Assembly (NCBI GenBank): GCA_964057225.1
Contig: OZ059897.1
Coordinates: forward strand, 10,478,001-10,542,000
Length of the DNA stretch: 64,000 nucleotides
Direction of reading: 5' to 3'
DNA from: Auanema rhodensis
Lineage: Eukaryota > Animalia > Nematoda
Shown here: positions 27,101 to 37,300 of the stretch, in pieces
Numbering within the stretch: position 1 is the first letter of the stretch
Layout: every line of letters begins with the position of its first letter
The notes under the pieces: model-generated
Database searches by the model: none
The model's input: only the letters and a program-made list of their open reading frames with translations
Told to the model about the DNA's origin: nothing
Translations under genes and position numbers: made by a program

Positions 27101-27414
27101 AAAACCGTAAAGGGAGACAATATTCAAAAAATAATTATAGTAGGCAAATTGCAGAAACTAAGTTAAGTTGTATATAAAACAGTTGTCTTAACATTTTTTT
27201 CAGTATATCCTTTCTTGAAGACACAAGTGAACTGCATGAGATTATTTTTAGTGACAGATCCAATTACTCCGATGATAGCTCAGAGAATTTAATCACGAAC
27301 ACTTTTACAGAAGACAGAATAGTTTCGCCTCCACTAGAATATACGTCTTTGAACAACTCTCAACCATATCAAGATAATGAATCAATTTTCTGGTTTCCAC
27401 CTAGTTTTGAATAA
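24187..27414 (+). CDS. MULE-type DDE transposase, predicted 801 aa, 17 exons
   Basis: Manual exon model: 24187-24233, 24284-24423, 24466-24620, 24670-24735, 24807-24950, 24993-25140, 25186-25341, 25385-25517, 25558-25741, 25784-25926, 25971-26075, 26195-26379, 26447-26632, 26677-26788, 26828-26923, 26967-27161, 27204-27414. Total 2,406 nt, all introns GT-AG, phases consistent, no internal stop. Motifs: LQIDTTFNV (D308, 25450), VITDGE (D381, 25709), LRCDVH (CxxH, 25817-25828), WATTNIIELRNNQLK (E507, 26292), and C-x4-C-x10-C-x-H (26865-26921). Exon 1 and the two in-frame stop-free introns (2 and 6) are the least certain parts. Confidence 0.88.
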
Positions 27415-27425
27415 TTTTCATGGCT

Positions 27426-27431
27426 AATAAA
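27426..27431 (+). promoter_or_regulatory. Putative polyadenylation signal of the transposase gene
   Basis: AATAAA 11 nt after the predicted TAA and just inside the right TIR boundary. The AT-rich background lowers specificity. Confidence 0.55.
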
Positions 27432-27465
27432 ATTTAATTTTAAAGTACAATCCTATTATTCTGTG

Positions 27466-27690
27466 AAATGAATCGATATCGGAAAATCCCAAAATTTTTT
27501 TGTGAAAAAATTACCTAAATTGGTACGCAATATTCAAATTTGCACATTTTAGTCAAACGCAATTGATGTCATTATTACAATGTCATTAACATTCAATACG
27601 GTATTGATCTTACATGTCAATTAAACCAATATATTTCACTATGTCAATTACATATCGAGTCATTTTCACACATGTCATTCTGACTTTACC
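27466..27690 (-). repeat. Right terminal inverted repeat (225 bp)
   Basis: The reverse complement reads GGTAAAGTCAGAATGACATGTGTGAAAATGACTCG...GATATCGATTCATTT, matching the left end. Confidence 0.97.
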
Positions 27691-27699
27691 TGGCCCAAG
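27691..27699 (+). repeat. Target-site duplication, right copy TGGCCCAAG
   Basis: Directly follows the terminal CC of the right TIR. Confidence 0.96.
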
Positions 27700-27764
27700 T
27701 AGTATAGTGGTTAGTACTCCACGTTGTGGCCGTGGCGACACAGGTTCGATTCCTGTCTTGGGCA
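27693..27764 (+). tRNA. tRNA-His(GTG), canonical copy regenerated by the target-site duplication directly downstream of the transposon
   Basis: The TSD supplies T-2, G-1 and G1-G7. The rest is canonical (G10, G53, CTTGGGCA) and is followed by T6. Confidence 0.95.
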
Positions 27765-30700
27765 TTTTTTGTTTTGAAATTAAAATGCTATAAAATTATT
27801 GCTTGCTTGTCTTGTTAGATTTCTTTAATTTGAATACTTATTCAAGTTATAACAATTTTCGATTTAATCACGTTCAATCAACTGTATTGTTTTCAAAAAT
27901 AAAGACAAAATTCAATTTCTGTTCATTGAATTAGAATTTTCATGTTGTCACACAGAAATTGAAGAATCTTAGTTCAATTCAGTAACAATGAACACACTAA
28001 CTTTGTTAAGTTGTTGTAATATCGGCCCAAGTAATATAGTGGTTAGTACTCCACGTTGTGGCCGTGGCGACACAGATTCGATTCCTGTCTTGGGCATTTT
28101 TTGTTTTGAAATTAAAATGCTACAAAATTATTGCTTGCTTGTCATGTTAGATTTCTTTAATTTGAATACTTATTTAAGTTATAACAATTTTCGATTTAAT
28201 CACGTTCAATCAACTGTATTGTTTTCAAAAATAAAGACAAAATTCAATTTCTGTTCATTGAATTAGAATTTTCATGTTGTCACACAGAAATTGAAGAATC
28301 TTAGTTCAATTCAGTAACAATGAACACACTAACTTTGTTAAGTTGTTGTAATATCGGCCCAAGTAATATAGTGGTTAGTACTCCACGTTGTGGCCGTGGC
28401 GACACAGATTCGATTCCTGTCTTGGACATTTTTTGTTTTGAAATTAAAATGCTATAAACATATTGCTTGCTTGTCATGTTAGATTTCTTTAATTCAAATA
28501 CATATTTAAGTTCTAACAATTTTTGATTTAATCACGTTCAATTAACTGTATTGTTTTCAAAAATAAAGACAAAATTCAATTTCTGTTCATTGAATTAGAA
28601 TTTTCATGTTGTCACACAGAAATTGAAGAATCTTAGTTCATTTCAGTAACAATGAACACACTAACTTTGTTAAGTTGTTGTAATATTGGCCCAAGTAGTA
28701 TAGTGGTTAGTACTCCACGTTGTGGCCGTGGCGACACAGGTTCGATTCCTGTCTTGGGCATTTTTTGTTTTGAAATTTAAATGCTATAAAATTATTGCTT
28801 GCTTGTCATGTTAGATTTCTTTAATTTGAATACTTATTCAAGTTATAACAATTTTCGATTTAATCACGTTCAATCAACTGTATTGTTTTCAAAAATAAAG
28901 ACAAAATTCAATTTCTGTTCATTGAATTAGAATTTTCATGTTGTCACACAGAAATTGAAGAATCTTAGTTCAATTCAGTAACAATGAACACACTAACTTT
29001 GTTAAGTTGTTGTAATATCGGCCCAAGTAATATAGTGGTTAGTACTCCACGTTGTGGCCGTGGCGACACAGATTCGATTCCTGTCTTGGGCATTTTTTGT
29101 TTTGAAATTAAAATGCTACAAAATTATTGCTTGCTTGTCATGTTAGATTTCTTTAATTTGAATACTTATTTAAGTTATAACAATTTTCGATTTAATCACG
29201 TTCAATCAACTGTATTGTTTTCAAAAATAAAGACAAAATTCAATTTCTGTTCATTGAATTAGAATTTTCATGTTGTCCCACAGAAATTGAAGAATCTTAG
29301 TTCAATTCAGTAACAATGAACACACTAACTTTGTTAAGTTGTTGTAATATTGGCCCAAGTAGTATAATGGTTAGTACTCCACGTTGTGGCCGTGGCGACA
29401 CAGGTTCGATTCCTGTCTTGGGCATTTTTTGTTTTGAAATTTAAATGCTATAAAATTATTGCTTGCTTGTCATGTGAGATTTGTTTAATTCAAATACTTA
29501 TTTAAGTTCTAACAATTTTTGATTTAATCACGTTCAATTAACTGTATTGTTTTCAAAAATAAAAACAAAATTCAATTTCTGTTCATTGAATTAGAATTTT
29601 CATGTTGTCACACAGAAATTGAAGAATCTTAGTTCATTTCAGTAACAATGAACACACTAACTTTGTTAAGTTGTTGTAATATTGGCCCAAGTAGTATAGT
29701 GGTTAGTACTCCACGTTGTGGCCGTGGCGACACAGGTTCGATTCCTGTTTTGGGCATTTTTTGTTTTGAAATTAAAATGCTATAAAATTATTGCTTGCTT
29801 ATCATGTTAGATTTTTTTAAATTTGAATACTTATTCAAGTTATAACAATTTTCGATTTAATCACGTTCAATCAACTGTATTGTTTTCAAAAATAAAGACA
29901 TCTTTCAATTTCTGGTCATTGAATTAGAATTTTCATGTTGTCACACAGAAATTGAAGAATCTTAGTTTAATTCAGTAACAATGAACACACTAACTTTGTT
30001 AAGTTGTTGTAATATCGGCCCAAGTAATATAGTGGTTAGTACTCCACGTTGTGGCCGTGGCGACACAGATTCAATTCCTGTCTTGGACATTTTTTGTTTT
30101 GAAATTAAAATGCTATAAAATTATTGCTTGCTTGTCATGTTAGATTTCTTTAATTTGAATACTTATTCAAGTTATAACAATTTTCGATTTAATCACGTTC
30201 AATCAACTGTATTGTTTTCAAAAATAAAGACAAAATTCAATTTCTGTTCATTGAATTAGAATTTTCATGTTGTCACACAGAAATTGAAGAATCTTAGTTC
30301 ATTTCAGTAACAATGAACACACTAACTTTGTTAAGTTGTTGTAATATCGGCCCAAGTAATATAGTGGTTAGTACTCCACGTTGTGGCCGTGGCGACACAG
30401 ATTCGATTCCTGTCTTGGACATTTTTTGTTTTGAAATTAAAATGCTATAAAATTATTGCTTGCTTGTCATGTTAGATTTCTTTAATTTGAATACTTATTT
30501 AAGTTATAACAATTTTCGATTTAATCACGTTCAATCAACTGTATTGTTTTCAAAAATAAAGACAAAATTCAATTTCTGTTCATTGAATTAGAATTTTCAT
30601 GTTGTCACACAGAAATTGAAGAATCTTAGTTCAATTCAGTAACAATGAACACACTAACTTTGTTAAGTTGTTGTAATATCGGCCCAAGTAATATAGTGGT

Positions 30701-33700
30701 TAGTACTCCACGTTGTGGCCGTGGCGACACAGATTCGATTCCTGTCTTGGACATTTTTTGTTTTGAAATTAAAATGCTATAAACATATTGCTTGCTTGTC
30801 ATGTTAGATTTCTTTAATTCAAATACATATTTAAGTTCTAACAATTTTTGATTTAATCACGTTCAATTAACTGTATTGTTTTCAAAAATAAAGACAAAAT
30901 TCAATTTCTGTTCATTGAATTAGAATTTTCATGTTGTCACACAGAAATTGAAGAATCTTAGTTCAATTCAGTAACAATGAACACACTAACTTTGTTAAGT
31001 TGTTGTAATATCGGCCCAAGTAATATAGTGGTTAGTACTCCACGTTGTGGCCGTGGCGACACAGATTCGATTCCTGTCTTGGGCATTTTTTGTTTTGAAA
31101 TTAAAATGCTATAAAATTATTGCTTGCTTGTCTTGTTAGATTTCTTTAATTTGAATACTTATTCAAGTTATAACAATTTTCGATTTAATCACGTTCAATC
31201 AACTGTATTGTTTTCAAAAATAAAGACAAAATTCAATTTCTGTTCATTGAATTAGAATTTTCATGTTGTCACACAGAAATTGAAGAATCTTAGTTCAATT
31301 CAGTAACAATGAACACACTAACTTTGTTAAGTTGTTGTAATATCGGCCCAAGTAATATAGTGGTTAGTACTCCACGTTGTGGCCGTGGCGACACAGATTC
31401 GATTCCTGTCTTGGGCATTTTTTGTTTTGAAATTAAAATGCTACAAAATTATTGCTTGCTTGTCATGTTAGATTTCTTTAATTTGAATACTTATTTAAGT
31501 TATAACAATTTTCGATTTAATCACGTTCAATCAACTGTATTGTTTTCAAAAATAAAGACAAAATTCAATTTCTGTTCATTGAATTAGAATTTTCATGTTG
31601 TCACACAGAAATTGAAGAATCTTAGTTCAATTCAGTAACAATGAACACACTAACTTTGTTAAGTTGTTGTAATATCGGCCCAAGTAATATAGTGGTTAGT
31701 ACTCCACGTTGTGGCCGTGGCGACACAGATTCGATTCCTGTCTTGGACATTTTTTGTTTTGAAATTAAAATGCTATAAACATATTGCTTGCTTGTCATGT
31801 TAGATTTCTTTAATTCAAATACATATTTAAGTTCTAACAATTTTTGATTTAATCACGTTCAATTAACTGTATTGTTTTCAAAAATAAAGACAAAATTCAA
31901 TTTCTGTTCATTGAATTAGAATTTTCATGTTGTCACACAGAAATTGAAGAATCTTAGTTCATTTCAGTAACAATGAACACACTAACTTTGTTAAGTTGTT
32001 GTAATATTGGCCCAAGTAGTATAGTGGTTAGTACTCCACGTTGTGGCCGTGGCGACACAGGTTCGATTCCTGTCTTGGGCATTTTTTGTTTTGAAATTTA
32101 AATGCTATAAAATTATTGCTTGCTTGTCATGTTAGATTTCTTTAATTTGAATACTTATTCAAGTTATAACAATTTTCGATTTAATCACGTTCAATCAACT
32201 GTATTGTTTTCAAAAATAAAGACAAAATTCAATTTCTGTTCATTGAATTAGAATTTTCATGTTGTCACACAGAAATTGAAGAATCTTAGTTCAATTCAGT
32301 AACAATGAACACACTAACTTTGTTAAGTTGTTGTAATATCGGCCCAAGTAATATAGTGGTTAGTACTCCACGTTGTGGCCGTGGCGACACAGATTCGATT
32401 CCTGTCTTGGGCATTTTTTGTTTTGAAATTAAAATGCTACAAAATTATTGCTTGCTTGTCATGTTAGATTTCTTTAATTTGAATACTTATTTAAGTTATA
32501 ACAATTTTCGATTTAATCACGTTCAATCAACTGTATTGTTTTCAAAAATAAAGACAAAATTCAATTTCTGTTCATTGAATTAGAATTTTCATGTTGTCAC
32601 ACAGAAATTGAAGAATCTTAGTTCAATTCAGTAACAATGAACACACTAACTTTGTTAAGTTGTTGTAATATTGGCCCAAGTAGTATAATGGTTAGTACTC
32701 CACGTTGTGGCCGTGGCGACACAGGTTCGATTCCTGTCTTGGGCATTTTTTGTTTTGAAATTTAAATGCTATAAAATTATTGCTTGCTTGTCATGTGAGA
32801 TTTGTTTAATTCAAATACTTATTTAAGTTCTAACAATTTTTGATTTAATCACGTTCAATTAACTGTATTGTTTTCAAAAATAAAAACAAAATTCAATTTC
32901 TGTTCATTGAATTAGAATTTTCATGTTGTCACACAGAAATTGAAGAATCTTAGTTCATTTCAGTAACAATGAACACACTAACTTTGTTAAGTTGTTGTAA
33001 TATTGGCCCAAGTAGTATAGTGGTTAGTACTCCACGTTGTGGCCGTGGCGACACAGGTTCGATTCCTGTTTTGGGCATTTTTTGTTTTGAAATTAAAATG
33101 CTATAAAATTATTGCTTGCTTGTCATGTTAGATTTTTTTAAATTTGAATACTTATTCAAGTTATAACAATTTTCGATTTAATCACGTTCAATCAACTGTA
33201 TTGTTTTCAAAAATAAAGACATCTTTCAATTTCTGGTCATTGAATTAGAATTTTCATGTTGTCACACAGAAATTGAAGAATCTTAGTTTAATTCAGTAAC
33301 AATGAACACACTAACTTTGTTAAGTTGTTGTAATATCGGCCCAAGTAATATAGTGGTTAGTACTCCACGTTGTGGCCGTGGCGACACAGATTCAATTCCT
33401 GTCTTGGACATTTTTTGTTTTGAAATTAAAATGCTATAAAATTATTGCTTGCTTGTCATGTTAGATTTCTTTAATTTGAATACTTATTCAAGTTATAACA
33501 ATTTTCGATTTAATCACGTTCAATCAACTGTATTGTTTTCAAAAATAAAGACAAAATTCAATTTCTGTTCATTGAATTAGAATTTTCATGTTGTCACACA
33601 GAAATTGAAGAATCTTAGTTCATTTCAGTAACAATGAACACACTAACTTTGTTAAGTTGTTGTAATATCGGCCCAAGTAATATAGTGGTTAGTACTCCAC

Positions 33701-34330
33701 GTTGTGGCCGTGGCGACACAGATTCGATTCCTGTCTTGGACATTTTTTGTTTTGAAATTAAAATGCTATAAAATTATTGCTTGCTTGTCATGTTAGATTT
33801 CTTTAATTTGAATACTTATTTAAGTTATAACAATTTTCGATTTAATCACGTTCAATCAACTGTATTGTTTTCAAAAATAAAGACAAAATTCAATTTCTGT
33901 TCATTGAATTAGAATTTTCATGTTGTCACACAGAAATTGAAGAATCTTAGTTCAATTCAGTAACAATGAACACACTAACTTTGTTAAGTTGTTGTAATAT
34001 CGGCCCAAGTAATATAGTGGTTAGTACTCCACGTTGTGGCCGTGGCGACACAGATTCGATTCCTGTCTTGGACATTTTTTGTTTTGAAATTAAAATGCTA
34101 TAAACATATTGCTTGCTTGTCATGTTAGATTTCTTTAATTCAAATACATATTTAAGTTCTAACAATTTTTGATTTAATCACGTTCAATTAACTGTATTGT
34201 TTTCAAAAATAAAGACAAAATTCAATTTCTGTTCATTGAATTAGAATTTTCATGTTGTCACACAGAAATTGAAGAATCTTAGTTCAATTCAGTAACAATG
34301 AACACACTAACTTTGTTAAGTTGTTGTAAT
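27760..34330 (+). repeat. Higher-order duplication with a 10-unit (3,321-bp) period; boundaries approximate
   Basis: G15A copies at 29353/32674, 333-bp units at 29685/33006, and G57A copies at about 30018/33339. Confidence 0.85.
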
Positions 34331-37300
34331 ATCGGCCCAAGTAATATAGTGGTTAGTACTCCACGTTGTGGCCGTGGCGACACAGATTCGATTCCTGTCT
34401 TGGACATTTTTTGTTTTGAAATTAAAATGCTATAAACATATTGCTTGCTTGTCATGTTAGATTTCTTTAATTCAAATACATATTTAAGTTCTAACAATTT
34501 TTGATTTAATCACGTTCAATTAACTGTATTGTTTTCAAAAATAAAGACAAAATTCAATTTCTGTTCATTGAATTAGAATTTTCATGTTGTCACACAGAAA
34601 TTGAAGAATCTTAGTTCATTTCAGTAACAATGAACACACTAACTTTGTTAAGTTGTTGTAATATTGGCCCAAGTAGTATAGTGGTTAGTACTCCACGTTG
34701 TGGCCGTGGCGACACAGGTTCGATTCCTGTCTTGGACATTTTTTGTTTTGAAATTAAAATGCTATAAACATATTGCTTGCTTGTCATGTTAGATTTCTTT
34801 AATTCAAATACATATTTAAGTTCTAACAATTTTTGATTTAATCACGTTCAATTAACTGTATTGTTTTCAAAAATAAAGACAAAATTCAATTTCTGTTCAT
34901 TGAATTAGAATTTTCATGTTGTCACACAGAAATTGAAGAATCTTAGTTCATTTCAGTAACAATGAACACACTAACTTTGTTAAGTTGTTGTAATATCGGC
35001 CCAAGTAATATAGTGGTTAGTACTCCACGTTGTGGCCGTGGCGACACAGATTCGATTCCTGTCTTGGACATTTTTTGTTTTGAAATTAAAATGCTATAAA
35101 CATATTGCTTGCTTGTCATGTTAGATTTCTTTAATTCAAATACATATTTAAGTTATAACAATTTTCGATTTAATCACGTTCAATCAACTGTATTGTTTTC
35201 AAAAATAAAGACATCTTTCAATTTCTGGTCATTGAATTAGAATTTTCATGTTGTCACACAGAAATTGAAGAATCTTAGTTTAATTCAGTAACAATGAACA
35301 CACTAACTTTGTTAAGTTGTTGTAATATCGGCCCAAGTAATATAGTGGTTAGTACTCCACGTTGTGGCCGTGGCGACACAGATTCGATTCCTGTTTTAGG
35401 CATTTTTTGTTTTGAAATTAAAATGCTATAAAATTATTGCTTGCTTGTCTTGTTAGATTTCTTTAATTTGAATACTTATTCAAGTTATAACAATTTTCGA
35501 TTTAATCACGTTCAATCAACTGTATTGTTTTCAAAAATAAAGACATCTTTCAATTTCTGGTCATTGAATTAGAATTTTCATGTTGTCACACAGAAATTGA
35601 AGAATCTTAGTTTAATTCAGTAACAATGAACACACTAACTTTGTTAAGTTGTTGTAATATCGGCCCAAGTAATATAGTGGTTAGTACTCCACGTTGTGGC
35701 CGTGGCGACACAGATTCAATTCCTGTCTTGGACATTTTTTGTTTTGAAATTAAAATGCTATAAAATTATTGCTTGCTTGTCATGTTAGATTTCTTTAATT
35801 TGAATACTTATTCAAGTTATAACAATTTTCGATTTAATCACGTTCAATCAACTGTATTGTTTTCAAAAATAAAGACAAAATTCAATTTCTGTTCATTGAA
35901 TTAGAATTTTCATGTTGTCACACAGAAATTGAAGAATCTTAGTTCATTTCAGTAACAATGAACACACTAACTTTGTTAAGTTGTTGTAATATCGGCCCAA
36001 GTAATATAGTGGTTAGTACTCCACGTTGTGGCCGTGGCGACACAGATTCGATTCCTGTCTTGGACATTTTTTGTTTTGAAATTAAAATGCTATAAAATTA
36101 TTGCTTGCTTGTCATGTTAGATTTCTTTAATTTGAATACTTATTTAAGTTATAACAATTTTCGATTTAATCACGTTCAATCAACTGTATTGTTTTCAAAA
36201 ATAAAGACAAAATTCAATTTCTGTTCATTGAATTAGAATTTTCATGTTGTCACACAGAAATTGAAGAATCTTAGTTCAATTCAGTAACAATGAACACACT
36301 AACTTTGTTAAGTTGTTGTAATATCGGCCCAAGTAATATAGTGGTTAGTACTCCACGTTGTGGCCGTGGCGACACAGATTCGATTCCTGTCTTGGACATT
36401 TTTTGTTTTGAAATTAAAATGCTATAAACATATTGCTTGCTTGTCATGTTAGATTTCTTTAATTCAAATACATATTTAAGTTCTAACAATTTTTGATTTA
36501 ATCACGTTCAATTAACTGTATTGTTTTCAAAAATAAAGACAAAATTCAATTTCTGTTCATTGAATTAGAATTTTCATGTTGTCACACAGAAATTGAAGAA
36601 TCTTAGTTCAATTCAGTAACAATGAACACACTAACTTTGTTAAGTTGTTGTAATATCGGCCCAAGTAATATAGTGGTTAGTACTCCACGTTGTGGCCGTG
36701 GCGACACAGATTCGATTCCTGTCTTGGACATTTTTTGTTTTGAAATTAAAATGCTATAAACATATTGCTTGCTTGTCATGTTAGATTTCTTTAATTCAAA
36801 TACATATTTAAGTTCTAACAATTTTTGATTTAATCACGTTCAATTAACTGTATTGTTTTCAAAAATAAAGACAAAATTCAATTTCTGTTCATTGAATTAG
36901 AATTTTCATGTTGTCACACAGAAATTGAAGAATCTTAGTTCATTTCAGTAACAATGAACACACTAACTTTGTTAAGTTGTTGTAATATTGGCCCAAGTAG
37001 TATAGTGGTTAGTACTCCACGTTGTGGCCGTGGCGACACAGGTTCGATTCCTGTCTTGGACATTTTTTGTTTTGAAATTAAAATGCTATAAACATATTGC
37101 TTGCTTGTCATGTTAGATTTCTTTAATTCAAATACATATTTAAGTTCTAACAATTTTTGATTTAATCACGTTCAATTAACTGTATTGTTTTCAAAAATAA
37201 AGACAAAATTCAATTTCTGTTCATTGAATTAGAATTTTCATGTTGTCACACAGAAATTGAAGAATCTTAGTTCATTTCAGTAACAATGAACACACTAACT

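Larger units (their letters stand above)
23941..27690 (+). mobile_element. Mutator/MULE-superfamily DNA transposon, 3,750 bp, apparently autonomous
   Basis: Non-array sequence bounded by GG...CC termini, 225-bp TIRs and a 9-bp TSD. It contains a spliced gene with MULE-type DDE motifs. Long TIRs with a 9-bp TSD are typical of MULEs. Confidence 0.92.

Noticed and set aside
24243-27177. Internal ORF fragments as a decayed, frameshifted transposase pseudogene
   Set aside because: Every stop and frame change falls inside a plausible GT-AG intron, and the spliced frame is fully open.
23941-27690. Classification as Dada, hAT or an LTR/Ty3 element
   Set aside because: The 225-bp inverted termini, 9-bp TSD and DTTF/TDGE/CxxH/TNxxE motifs fit MULE. 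hAT has short TIRs and 8-bp TSDs, Dada lacks long TIRs, and no reverse transcriptase or LTRs are present.
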